A DNA stretch of 64,000 bases, taken from Psammoneis japonica (lineage: Eukaryota). The notes beneath the pieces are model-generated. The model searched no databases and was not told the DNA's origin. It saw only the letters and a program-made list of their open reading frames with translations. This document shows, piece after piece, positions 12,131-25,106 of this stretch (position 1 is the stretch's first letter; the number at the start of each line of letters is the position of its first letter). The stretch covers positions 558,001 through 622,000 of the forward strand of contig QPGO01000033.1 in assembly GCA_008632985.1 (NCBI GenBank), read 5' to 3'. The position numbers and the translations under genes are program-made.

Positions 12131-12987
12131 TGGTTTCAAGGAAAACAAACAAGTTGTTTCAAGGAAAACAACCAGCTGTTTCAAAGAAAACAAACAAATT
12201 GTTTCAAGGAAAACAAACGTGTTGTTTGAAGGAAAACAAACACTTTGTTTCAGGGAAAACAAACACGTCATTTCAAGGAAAACAAATGTGTCATTTCAAG
12301 GAAAACAAACGTGTTGTTTCAAGAAAAACGACCAGGGGTTTCAAGGAAAACAAACAAGTTGTTTCAAGGAAAACAAACAAGTTGTTTCAGGAAAACAAAC
12401 AAGTTGTTTCAAGGAAAACAAACATGTTTTTTCAGGAAAACAAACAAGTTGTTTCAAGGAAAACAAACGTGTTGTTTCAAGAAAAACAATTGTGTTGTTT
12501 CAAGGAAAACAAACATGTGGTTTCAAGGAAAACAAACGTGTGGTTTCAAGGAAAACAAGCGTGGTGTTTCAAGGAAAACAAACATGTTGTTTCAAGGAAA
12601 ACAAACATGCTTTTTTTGAGGAAAACAAACAAGTTGTTTCAAGGAAAAAAAAACATGTTTTTTTTGAGGAAAACAAACAAGTTGTTTCAAGGAAAACAAA
12701 CATGTTGTTTCAAGGAAAACAAACAAGTTGTTTCAAGGAAAACAAACGTGAAAGGAAAACAAACAAGTTGTTTCAAGGAAAACAAACGTGTTGTTTCAAG
12801 AAAAACAATTGTGTTGTTTCAAGGAAAACAAACATGTGGTTTCAAGGAAAACAAACGTGTGGTTTCAAGGAAAACAAACGTGTGGTTTCAAGGAAAACAA
12901 ACGTGTTGTTTCAAGGAAAACCAACGTGTTGTTTCATTGAAAACGAACGTGTTGTTTAAAGCAAAACAAACATGTTGTTTCAAGGAA
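12131..12987. repeat. Minisatellite 1: ~23-bp unit GTTTCAAGGAAAACAAAC(AA/GT/AT)GTT, about 37 copies
   Basis: Directly visible tandem array without unique spacers. Confidence 0.95.
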
Positions 12988-13171
12988 TGAATGAATGCTG
13001 ATGCACTGTCACGAGTGCAGGCAGTTTACATGCTGTTGGCGATTGGTCCACTGTCGCTTGTTTGGTGGTCCCAGCAGTGCAACATCTCACAATTCCAGAG
13101 CCTGTTGATGCTGTTCAACACTGTGTCTTGTCTCACACCCAATTCTTGGCTGTCATGGTGGCATTCATTCA
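12988..13171 (+). repeat. 5' LTR (184 bp, TG..CA) of copia family A, copy A1, followed by PBS-like cttcatcagagcc (13172-13184)
   Basis: Same length as, and similar in sequence to, the reverse complements of 32826-33009 and 54083-54266. Confidence 0.9.
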
Positions 13172-16100
13172 CTTCATCAGAGCCAACATGCTGTGATGTT
13201 CATTGCCTGGAATGGGCATCGCAAACGGTGTGACGGCATTGTTGCGATCGATCGAATTTTGCAGCAAGCGCCATGTTGGTCCCATGGTTGCTTGTGCAAT
13301 CGCTGAGTTCTTCCTGTGTGTCAACATTCATGGATGTGAACAACATGCTCTTGGAGACCAGAGCTGTGATCCGTCAGACATGACGTCAGTGGACAAAATG
13401 TTTGATCACGTGGATGGAACATGTTGGCCAAGACATGTGAACATTCATGACAAGGACAACACAATGATTCATGCATTGAGGTCTGTCATTTGATCACACA
13501 CATTTGATTGATCAAAATGCATTGTCAAATGGTTTGGACACACTGCACATGTGGGTGCATGTCTGTTGGAAATTGTTGCTCAGGAGTGACACCACCTGCT
13601 CACGGGGTTGCCAAGCAGAAGCCACCAAATCTTTTCTCACTTTTCTCCACTCACACAAGTGGACACTGCACATGTGGATGCATGTCTGTTGGAATTTGTT
13701 GTTCAGGAGTGACACCGCCTGCTCGTGAGCTTGCCAAGTGGAAACTGCCAAATCGGCACAAGAGCCACACATTTTTCTCACTTTTCTCCACTCACACAAT
13801 TGGACGCTCACGTGTTGAAACGCGAGTGACTGTTGACACACCATGGCCGCTGCCACAGCTTTTGCCGCTTGTCTCACGCATTGTTGGTGCAATGTGCAGA
13901 CGCACACCCACATGGCCAGTCAAGGCTTTGCTGCCATTCAGGACTTGGAACAGGTCCCTTTGGCAGAAATGGCTGCTGTGACCAAGGGCATCATGAAGAG
14001 CATGGACACCGCCGCCAACCCTCAAGTCCGCTTCCCACACCTGGTGAATCGCAAGTTCAAGGCACTGCACGCATGGATTGACCACTGCAGAGCCCGGAAT
14101 CAACAGCCGGCTGCTGCTCTCTTTGCTGGTGATGTTGTCAGGACATGGACGGCACGTCTCACAGAATTGGAGCAATTCAAGTCAGTGGACTTGGACGATG
14201 AATTGGCTGCCAAGACGGCCGTGGAACTCAAGAATCCACATGACTGGCCTGCCTTCCAAGAGTCACTGGAGACTGAACTGTGCCACCACCGCAGTGCTGT
14301 TGCTGGAGCACCCTTCATCTGCCCACCTGGGGAGCATGAAGACGTCACCGCCAAAATGTTAGCTGCCACCCACTCTGCCATTGACGAAGACCTTGTTGCT
14401 GCAACCCGACTTGCAGGAGCACAGCATGCACAGGACAGGCAACGCCTGCATGATCTCTTGAAGAAGCCAGTGACAGGGGGGCCCGGATGGGCTTTTGTCA
14501 AACCTTCCAATCGCAATTGTGATGGTCGCACTGCCTTGTTTCTTGCACTCAAGAGGCAGGCGGAAGGATCAGCTGCTGCCACCACCTGCAAGAACCATGC
14601 CTGTGCACAGATTGCTGCCGTGAAGCACACCGGACGGGGTTGTTTTATTTTTGACCAGCACATTGAACGCCATCAGAAGGCTCACAACGACTTGTCCAAG
14701 CTCAATGAACCGGCAGCCGAGACCAAGAAGGTCTCTGACTTTCTCAAGGGCATCTCTGACCCTGGGTTGGAGACTGGCAAGAGTGCAGTGGACGGCGATC
14801 CTGCAAAGCCAGCGGATTTCGAAGCATGCCAGCAGCACATGAAAACTCTGGTGGAAAATGCCAAGAACCGCAATGCTGACACTTGCGGAATCGCATCCGT
14901 CCAATGCCGCAACAACCGGCGCGGAAACCCTGGCGGCAAGCACCCACCCAAGAAGGACAAACCCAGAATCTGGGCAGGCCATTGTTCTGTTGAAGAGTGG
15001 AATGCTCTCAACGGTCCTGAGCAAGAGCAAGTTGAGAAGCTCCATGAGGCCAAGAAAGCCGAGAAGAGGTGCAAAGCAGCAGCTGCATCCTCGGAGGCTG
15101 AGTCGGCTGGTGCCAAAACTCGTGCTGTTAAAAAGGTGGCTGTTGCTGAGCCTCAACCCACTGATGAACAAAAGGACCCTGAAGAGTTGGAAAAACCGCC
15201 TGCTGCCAGTGCAGGCACGCAGTTCGGACGCAGCACCCACAAGAAACCTCAGAAGGAGGAACAAATGGTTGTGCCAGCACCAAAAGGCACAGAGCTGACT
15301 GCCACTGCACCTTCTGGCACTGTGCATTTATCTGGGCGATTCCCAAAGGACACACACATCTCTTTGTCATCTGCTGGACATTCAGATGGTGAAGCAACCA
15401 GTGGCTTGGACTCGCGCGCTGACACATGTGCTGTTGGGTCCAATTTTGTCATGTGCTCCAATGTCAACTGCACCATTGTAGCACATCCTTGCTCCAAAGA
15501 GTGTGCACCAATGACAATTGTCCCTGTTTGCATGGCTGCTGCCATGTGGGTTGATCCAGCTGATGGACTGCCGCACCTGCCACCAGTCCATGAGGCCATG
15601 TTTTTTGGAGACAGAACAACTGACACCCCACTGTGCCCCAACCAACTGCAAGCAAATGGGCTGACTGTCCACGACACCCCTTGCCAGTTTAATCCCAACA
15701 GCACACACTCCATTGTTTTCCCTGACTCAAAAATCAGGATGCCTTTGCACATGCGAGGTGTTGTTGCTTTGGTCTTTGACTCACACAAGCCAACTCAGGA
15801 GGATCTGGAGAACCTCCCCCAGACAGAACTCACATCACCCCTTGAATGGGAACCTTCTGCTGATGCCATGGCACAAAAGGAGGAAGAGCACGCATGTGCC
15901 AGTGTGTGCCAAGGATCAGCAAAGTCTGATGGACAGTCGACAATGATGAATGCGACCAGGTGTGTTGCTTCAATTCACTCGCATCAGACATCCCATCATG
16001 ATGAGAATGTCATTGTGGACACCAATGACAACAATTCTCTGCATCGCCACTTGTTTGCTCAGGTGAATGTCTCTCACAACAACATTGAGGGAGACGGGCC

Positions 16101-16853
16101 ACATGACCGGTGCAACCCAGACGTCCACCCGGATTGTGCTGAACGGAAACGGGTGCATGCACTGTCAACCTCGAGTCATGCATCAACTGTCACGCTCGAG
16201 ATGCTCTCTAAGAGGTGGAACATTGGCCTGACGGCCACTGAGAACACCCTCAGAGTGACAACCCAGGCAGGGGTCCGTAACTTCTGCACACCATCAGAAC
16301 GGAAAGTCCGGAAGAAAGCCCCTTGGCTTGAGTTCCCTGCTGTCAAGGGATGCTTCTACTCAGACCAAATGTTTTCGAAGGTTAAATCAACACACAGCAA
16401 GACAGGAGGAAGTGCATTTGCCAATGGAAGGGGGCATGATGGGTTCCATCCTTGGAAGAAGAAGCAGGACCACCCAAATGCCGTCACATCATTTGTGAAT
16501 TACGTTGGCACACCGCAAATCCTTGTGTCGGATGGCTCGCCAGAAATGGCAGAAGGCCAGACCAAGGACATTTGCAGGGAATGCAGGACACACCAGGAGG
16601 TGTCCACCCCATGCAGCCCCTGGCAGAACCTGGCCGAGGCATCCATTTGTGAGTTGAAGAAGAGAGTTCGTGTGACTCCATGCCAGACTGGCGCTCACAG
16701 GCAACTTTGGTCCCACAGTGCCAAATGGACATGCGACATCCGACGCATGATTGCGGTTGACATTTCAGATGTGGGAGGACAAGTCCCAGAAGAAGAGGTG
16801 ACAGGTTCAACACTTGACATCTTGTCCCTCTCTCTCTTTGACTGGCATCAACC
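12988..16853 (+). mobile_element. Copia family A copy A1: LTR, UTR with ~120-bp duplication, gag-protease-integrase (ORF from 13843), truncated at 3' end
   Basis: Protease LDSRADTC; LSKRWNIG..TLRVTTQAGVR; integrase SDG..PCSPWQNLAE. Only 2 Tyr in the 1019-codon ORF. Confidence 0.9.
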
Positions 16854-17060
16854 ACAAGACAGCGTCGAAACTTTCGGACAAGTGGCAAAAGCCGCACTCT
16901 GAAGCATGCGGCTGCGTCAACGTGAGAATGAGTGTCACCACAGTCAGGGCAACCCACCGTTGCCTCAGGGGATCCCGTGTTCCTGCCTCTCAGATCAGCT
17001 CCAGGAACCCCAGTGGGAAGATGGCGCAGGTCTGTCCCTCTACAAACGCTGAAAGACCCA
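16854..17060 (+). mobile_element. C-terminal fragment of a non-LTR retrotransposon ORF (restriction-like endonuclease type)
   Basis: KLSDKWQKPHSEACGCVNVRMSVTTVRATHRCLRGSRVP followed by QWEDGAGL in a shifted frame. Confidence 0.6.
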
Positions 17061-17318
17061 GATGCAATCGACCACCACCCAACCAGACTGTGCGCCAAAC
17101 CACAGTCCACAGAGCACACTGATGCCATGCCCAGAAGACAACAAAAACCCACCATCACAAAGGAGCACGGCACCACAATCAGTTCAAAATTCACGTGCAC
17201 TGCCTGCAAAAATGCGCGTGTCAACTGCCCCTTGTTCGTGCGACTGCATTGACCACACAACGTCCATTTTTCTGTCTGTGATGGGATTGTGGTGAGTCAA
17301 ATGTCAGCACATTGATTT

Positions 17319-17640
17319 TCAAAAAGAAGCTGGAGTTGTGGCACGCACCAAGTTCAAATTCGCAGTTGGCTCTGTCCCAACCCACGCCCATTGTCTCAAT
17401 GCATCTTCATGCATGCCATCACAGATTCCAGCCATTGTTGTTTCAGGATCATGCAGTTTGAGAAAACAAAGGGTGTGCAACAAATGAGTGGGCAGAAACC
17501 CATGTGGCACATTGCCATCATCTTCAAGAAGGCCTCACAACTTGCGCAACACGTCTCGCGGAGAGCAGAAGTAAGATGCAAACCTGTGGTTCCAAATCCG
17601 TTCCGACCCCATTGGCCTCTGGACAATGCCATGTGCAAGA
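17319..17640 (-). mobile_element. PIF/Harbinger-like transposase N-terminal fragment, degenerate
   Basis: FGTT..PTHLLHTLCFLKLHDPETTMAGICDGMHEDALRQWAW resembles the HLLWxLxFLKxY..TFRKW HTH region. Confidence 0.5.
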
Positions 17641-19530
17641 CAATCCACTGTGGCTTTGGGCAGTCGCGTGGTCATGGCAGGTGATGCATGCTTGTCTGAA
17701 TCATGTGTTTGATGTTTGTCATGCTGTGACGGTGCACTGCTGCTGCTGCTGTCGTTGTCGTGCGTGCCACGCAGAAGTTTTCAGTGCAGCAGGTTGGGTT
17801 CTCATCAAGTTGAGAGTGTGGTCAAATTTTATTTCGGGGATGCCACCTGCAGGCCATTTTCTAAGATTCCCTTTGGACGCGGTTCGGGAACAATTTGGGA
17901 ACGCTTTTGGAGCATTCCGGGAGCGGTGGAAATGCGGGAATGACGAAATGCCCATTTTTGTTGAATGGCATTTCCATGATGGAGCCATTGGCGGTTGTCA
18001 CAGTTCTCATTTAGTGTCAAACAATGCCAGCAGTTACAGCGCATCCTGACAGTTCAACTTGTGGCCACTGCAGCTCAAAATCATTGAGACTGCCAACAGC
18101 CATTTTTTTCTTAGAGAAAATAGAAACCTGTTTTGACGGGTGCACCTTTTGGCAACAAAGCCATCAAATCAATTTAACTTTTGCAATTGCATGTGACACA
18201 TGGACAGTTGGAAAAATGGCGCACTTCACAATGATGCATTGTCCATCTCATCAGCTGATTGACAGGCTCCAAAGTTGAGCTGGTGTGGTTGAGAATGTTC
18301 TCGGTGTGTTCTCGGAACGCTTTTGGAATGCTTCACTGCAAATGAGATTCTCTTCATTTGTGCTCCGAACACTTTGTTCTGAGCAATGCTTTGTTTAAAT
18401 TGTCCCGACACAATGTGGGACATTCAGAGCAAATGAGAGTCAATTGAGGCAACAACGCCCACGCAGAGCACAATCAGAGTAAATTTGGTTGTTTGGAGCC
18501 ACAGAATTTTGTTTGGAGCATTGCATTCATTAATTTGTAAATTAGAGCACTGTGCTGACATTCAGAGCGCTGCTGTGATTGCATCCATTCAATCAGAGCA
18601 CGACTCTGAATGATGTTTGGATGCCCGTGCATCTCCATTTAATTGGAGCACAGCTCTGAACAAAGTTTGGATTTCCCAACGGACAATGACAGCCTCTCCA
18701 TTTAAACAGATCACAACTCTGAACAAATTTGTTGATGCTCTGAACAACTGTCATTTGCAAAGCTGTGCGTCAATCGACCATGTGAACAAACACATCTGCC
18801 AAACTCTGACTGTGCCGGTGAAATCAATCCCAAGCAATTGCATCGTGCGCACTGCGTTGCCTTCATTTGTTGTTGTTTTGGGTCATCCTTCGGTGCCGTT
18901 TGTCAGATGCAGCTGACATGGTCTTTTGACAACACTGCACACACAATGCAAACCTGCAATTGCAAGAACCATTCAATGCATTCATGCAAACCCAAACTGC
19001 CTTTCTTTGTCCCACCTTGCAACTGCTTGATCCAAAAACAACATCACACTCTTCGCCACAGCACTTTGCAGGGAACAGTGGGTTGGTTTTGAAGTGCGCT
19101 TGAGCAAAACATTTTCCATCATCTTGGTGGACCAAGGCATGGAACAAGTGAGCCTCCTCGCACTTGCACTGCAAACACAAACAAACAACACAATTGGTTT
19201 GCGTGCGTGAACAAGACAACACAACAACAGGCATGCCAAATCAACAATGACGTTTGCTCCATGCCTGCGAATTGCAAGCAGTTGTTTGATCCGCTTGAGC
19301 AACAATGAGTGTTGCAGTTTTGTGTGTGCGTTTGTCATTTGCTGTCTTTGTCTTTGTTGCAAACAAACAACAAAGTGAGAGGTGTTTCCAAGAAACTGCA
19401 CACAATCCGCACCACTTCATCATGCATTCTCACCATTTTATTTCGCAATGGATTTAATTGACAATGGTTTAGAGTGGTTGGCTGGTTGAGTCTGCAAAAG
19501 AAGTGCCATCATGACACACATTGAATGCCG

Positions 19531-21800
19531 TTAGATCAACTTCTCAATGGCAATCCGGAGCACCAACAATGCTCTCACCTTTTCATTTGTGCCATTTGTC
19601 ATTGTCTCTTTGACCTTTCTCATTGCAAACAACAATGGCTGTGTGAGACGTGTCTGATGAATTGCACAGTTGGCTGCAAGACAATGTGATCTCACTGTCT
19701 TCTGTGGTGCTCTCTCTGACATTTCAGCAACTGGGGATGGTTGAGTCTGGCATCCAGCAATGACGCCCCAAAGTTGTTGGAGCAATGGTTTCATTTGCAA
19801 CTGGAGCACCTGCAATGCTCTCACCTTTTCATCAGTGCCAATGTCAACCACCTCATTTGCCTGGTCATGAAGAACAGCAGGAGCAGTGTGATTGGTTGAT
19901 CCAATCCATGTGTTGCGTTCAGCCTCAGAGCTCTGTTCACTCACCTGTTTTTTTTGCGCTCGCTCCAGTGTTTCAACTGTCTGGGATGGTTTGGTGTGGC
20001 ATCCAGCAACCCAATGACGCCAAAGAGCTGTCAGAGCAACAGTCCAAATCGACAGCTGGAGCACCGACAATGCTCTCACCTTTTCTTTTGCACCAGTTAA
20101 CTCGTCCATCTCATCAACCTTTTGCACGAAGAATGGTGGCGTGAGCGACGTGCAATGCAGCAGCATGACACAAGACATTTTTCTCACCGCTTCAGCATTC
20201 CCGGGCTCTTGTTCTATCCTGCAACAAGGGGACCCAGACAACTGTGTCTGACAAGCAAAACAAGGCATCAAAGCGGAAGTTGGTTAGAGCCATCCAACGC
20301 CACAGCAATTGGACCACCAAATCACACAGTCACCTGTGACACCATTTCTGCCAACTCTTCGTCATTGGAATTCCAACCATCGATGACATCCAAATCCATG
20401 GTGAGGGGTTCTAGTTCATCATTGCGTTCCCGACAAGGAGTTGGCTCTGCCTCCTTCTCCTTCTTGGTTAACTTCTGCTTTGCCGCAGGTTTGGATGGGC
20501 AATTTAGCACGGTGTCCATGGTCAGTGTTGGCACCTGAGTTTTGGACTCATGTTGCGGATCAAGCACAATCTCTTCGTTGACCATTTGGGATGAACTGGT
20601 GACTGTCATGCTGCCACAAATCGACTGGAGCAAATCTTCCTTGGACAGCGGAACTCCCATTTGTTCTGACAACATGCTTGCTGTTTTCGCAAGGTCCACA
20701 AGGGATGCAATGTCAATGTCTTTGCTGGATGCTCCCTGAGCAACTTGTTTTGATGCTTTGGTGTTCTCCACCTGCTGTCAAGGACCGGCAATGGGAACGA
20801 AGTCGCAAACCAAACAAGTTTGTCGACAAAAGGACAAACAAACAATGTGCAACTAACTCACCGCCACTGGCTTCATCGACACGACGTAAAACTTTGCTTT
20901 GGTTGTTGTTTCCACATTGGTTGCAGCGGGAACGGCCACATGTGTTTTACCTCCATTCTCCTTGTTGCTCTTGTGCATTGTAGTTGCCACACACCAGCCT
21001 GCTTTTTGCAGCACAAACTCCACAAATGTTTTAATTGTTTGACATTTGGCTTGGCGTGCCACCACAGTGAACCCGCCTCTGTCATTGCAACACATTTTGC
21101 GAGGTTTGCTGGAAGTGTCCGTGGCATGCGGCATGAGCTTCATGTTGTTTTCGGCAAACCATTTGTCAATGGCAGCAGCCAGCCATCCTCTGTTGTGATG
21201 AAAGGCGTGGAAAACTTGACACACGAGCTGCTGATTCTCGGTTGTGTTGTCCATGCTTGCCAGAATGTTCTTGAAGTCTTCTGTTGTGATGGGCTTGGTG
21301 TTTGTTGATGGCATCAACCACTCCCTTGACCATTGCATTGTTCCGACAGCCCTCCAGGCATTGAGTCATGACGCATCCTCGAAGTGACAACCGGATTTGT
21401 GCCACCTCTTGAAGCATCTTCTTGCCATTGGGCGGCACCGTCTCCACCTCACCAAGTTGTGGATGTGCCTTTTGGCATGACCACAAAAGAGCAGCATCCT
21501 CTGGTCTTGCGGGGTTGGCCCCTGTTGTCGGATGGAAAAAGTCTCTTGGACAATCCAGTGGACGATTGGGTGCTGTCATTTTTTCCCCTGGATTTGTCAC
21601 AGAAGCTTCCCACTGCATGTCAGATCACAATGTCAGCTTCCAAACGCACACTGCGATTTCAAACACACCCACCTGTGTTTCATGCTGTTGCAGCATCTGT
21701 CCTTGATGTGGTTGTGTTTCCCTCTGTTGAAGTGTCTGTCCTCGATGTGTTTGTAAGATCAAGGCTGACGACCGACACCTGTGTCTGATGAAATGAATTT
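19531..21800 (-). pseudogene. Decayed spliced gene(s) of unknown function with three ~250-bp repeated units (EKVRALxVLxL)
   Basis: caatgctctcaccttttc recurs near 19567, 19812 and 20068. Long coding-like frames 20322-20771 and 20853-21618; TpA-depleted. Confidence 0.45.
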
Positions 21801-22399
21801 GTCATTGTGTTTTCGACTTCCAATCACTTTTCATGCTTGTGGATGGTCCTGGACGAGCCGAATCTGTTTGGCACAATTGCAAAGTCACGGTTGCATGTTC
21901 TCATTGCACGGTTTTTGAATTGCATTTAGTTTTGTTCTTTTCTGCATTTTTCATTGTTTCAATCAAGCATCAATGTTCTTAAATGAACACTGACAACCAT
22001 GTTGACCTGTTGTGTTAAGAACATTGTTCTTTCCTCCCATTTGAAACAAAATTTTCCTGAAACAAAAATTGGGTTCTCATTGGCTCACTTTTGAATGTGT
22101 GATTTTCCACAATTGAAGTCTGAGTTTTCATGTGTGTGCTTTTTTAAAGTGCTCGCTTCATCTGCATTGTTGAATGAAATGCTTTGTGCAATCACACGAT
22201 TGGGTGGGAGGACGTGTGCGCGCATGCTGCTCTTTCAGCGTGTGGAACATGTGTGGGGCCCTGTGCACAGGGCTTGTCTGCAAATGCGCAGTGCAGCACA
22301 ATGCACGTGTTTTGCGCTTTTGGTGATTGAGAGCACATTCGCTGCTCCACCTCATTTTCACAAATCCTCTGCGCTGCACAAGCCTCCTTTTGTCCATCA

Positions 22400-23860
22400 A
22401 CAGAACTGCGATCCCTCCCCTTTTTTCCATCCAATCATCTTTTGGGCCTCTTCTTGAATCTTGCATCTTGCTCTTTTGTGCACTGAACAATCCCAAACAA
22501 TGCCATGGATGACATGGCAAACAACTGGGGGTGCAATTTGGTTGCCATTAGCCCGTGTGGCTTGAAGCACAATGGCAAAGAATTGATGAATTCTTCCATG
22601 GACATCGGCCATCACAAGCAGCCAGAAGAAGTCATTTTTTGTCACTTTGATGGTGAATTCCTGCTGCACAAAGTGATGCCAAACGGCTCCGATGCAAATC
22701 TGTTTGCAATTGATTCTGTGACGGGAGGGCACAACGATGGATGTTTGATTGCATGTGGAAGTCATGTGGCCGGTGATCATGGGCTGATCCACTGTTGGAC
22801 TGCCAGCACGTTCAGTGCAGAACATGGTCCCAGCATGGCAATGCATCCGGACGACGTGTTTAACTCTTTTACATGCAATCACACCATTGTGCTGCCGCAT
22901 CATGTGCCAGGCACTCTGAGCTCCGCGGAGCTCAGTGAGCATGAAAACGATTGTCTCAACCACACTCATCTCCGTTGTTTGATGCAGGCTGTAAAGAAGG
23001 TGCCAATCACTGCATTGTTTTTAGAATTGATGCTGGCAAACAATGGCGCAACACTCAGCGACGATTTTCTGGAATCTCTCGGTCGGTTGGCCAACCGCCA
23101 TTCCTTTGAGATTGTTGTTGATGAAATTGTGATGGGCGGACGCAGTGGATGCATGCTCTCATGCATGGCTGAACCCAAGCATTTTGTTGATGCTGTTGCC
23201 TGTGTCACCATGGGCAAATGGCTGCAAGCTGGCACAGTTTTGGCAAAACCCGATCATTGCAATCGGTTTTGCAGCATGATGTCATCTCTTTCCAATCGTG
23301 GCACCTCCACGGGCATGGATTGTAAAGAAATTGTCATGACATGGAAGACTGCAACTTCACAGTTCTGTCTCACAGCCGAGCATTGACAAACTGTCCTAAA
23401 GAAACTCAAAGTGACAGAGCAAGATGCATGGGGCAGCGGCTTGCTTGTGTTTGCTCCTGTGAAACGAAGTGATCTGACACCTGCGACCAAGAATCATTTT
23501 CTTCCCCTGCTTTGCGCCACCCCATTGGACAACGTGAAAGTCCAAAAGCACGATCAGTGGACGAAGCCTCTTGTGAGCCAATGCATTGTTGATGGGTGCC
23601 GCTGTTGGTTAAACGTGCACCTGCGCACGGATGAGGAAATGAGCGGCATCCACAAATTGCTCAGTCATTTTGCGGATCAACCCGCGGGCATGTGTTTTCA
23701 AACTAAGGGGCTCATGATGAATGTCCTTGGTGGGAAGCCTTGTGCACCACTGCAAACGTGCCAACTGTTGCGTGCTGCAGAAAAGGCCGGGCTTGTTGGC
23801 AAAACATTGGTGACTCGCAAACGCCCACATGCCTGGAAATTGTTGGCCCCAACAACCATG
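22400..23860 (+). pseudogene. Class-III PLP-dependent aminotransferase-like gene, decayed
   Basis: NGSDANLFAI (cf. SGSEAN), ALFLELMLANNG..FLESLGRL..IVVDEIVMGGRSG (cf. DEVQTGxGRTG) and VTMGKWLQAG (PLP lysine). In-frame TGA at 23384. Confidence 0.7.
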
Positions 23861-23899
23861 CCAAGCAAGAAGAACCAACCTGCAATTGCACTGTCTTGC

Positions 23900-25106
23900 C
23901 GCTTGCGTTTGCGCAACCTTGTTTGGACAGCCTTCGGCATTTCAAAAAAAATGCTTCCTCCACTGCTGATTTTGGATCTTCTGCCAGTGCATCTGTTTCA
24001 AATGTTTCATTCCCCAAACACCAATTCAACCACTGAGTGTCTTTTGCCGGAAGAGCGAATTCATGATTGGAGTCGAAGATCCAACCACCATGCAAAGCAG
24101 TGCAATGATTGTTTGTCAACTGACAAAGAACAATGTCATCGGCAATGTGGGTGGTCAAATTGAAGAATCCCTTCTTGCCAGCTGCCATTTTCTGATGCTT
24201 CTTGCATGCGCGCCACTTCATTGATGCAGCCAGTGGAGGACAAAGCTTCTGCTTTTGTCCCAACAACATGCTGATGGCAAACTCCAACCATTTGTTCTTG
24301 GTGTTCTCTGACCTGCAAGAATGATCCATGTAACTCACAATGTGTCACTCCATCCTTTCATCTCCAATGTAGTTTGGGACACTGGCCAGGCTCAAAAACA
24401 TGCACGTGTCTTTCTCCCCTTGTTGATGTTTGACTGGGGGTCCCGAGCTGGGAAATTCCAGCCCGCTTTCATCTGACACGTTACCCTCCGGAAGTTTGCA
24501 CCATTTCTTCCCTGGTTTCCAATCACACATGGCCTTGCACACTGCAGGACATCGCTGCTGAAAATTGGCTCTTGCCCACTCCATGGCACAACAGCAGGGT
24601 TTCTTCCTTGTGCCAACCCCCATGAATGCTGGCATTCCCTCCGGACCTTCAAAATCATCATCGGCTGCAAGCCCCTCCTTCACTTGCTCCTTCTCTGTCA
24701 GCCATCTCACTTTGTGAACCTGACCTTTGTTTATGACGTGATCAGCTCTGTTGCCAATTTGCCTCTTTTGTCTGGCGTTGAGAGTCACTCTTGTGTTGGG
24801 TTTTGCTTTGGCTTCCTGAGTGGCATCTCGAACAAGGTTCATCTTCGCTCCTCCAATGTCCTTGTCATTGGTTGCTCCAAAACAGTCTTCAGCAAATGTT
24901 CTGCCGTGCTTGAGATCTTCGAACCATCCACATGAAACTGGCCCTTCATGCTCAACAGCATCGCCTGGCACCTCACTTTCATCCGGCTGTGTGGCCCGAT
25001 CAACCCACTCAAAACCATGTGGCCGTGCCAAGTCTTTGACATCCTCACAGTGCATCCTCACCTCACAACACAGATCTTGATGCTTCTTGTCACTGGCAGA
25101 CAACAC
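23900..25106 (-). pseudogene. Decayed ORF ending in a papain-like (C39-like) peptidase domain
   Basis: HQQGEKDTCMFLSLASV (Gln..Cys) followed by HCTALHGGWIFDSN (His..Asp). Confidence 0.5.

Noticed and set aside
12131..12987. CRISPR array
   Set aside because: Units are contiguous with no unique spacers, there are no cas genes, and the context is eukaryotic.
13843..16902. Alternative genetic code or intact active gag-pol
   Set aside because: Host genes use Tyr normally, sibling copies differ at the same sites, and the element is truncated before RT.
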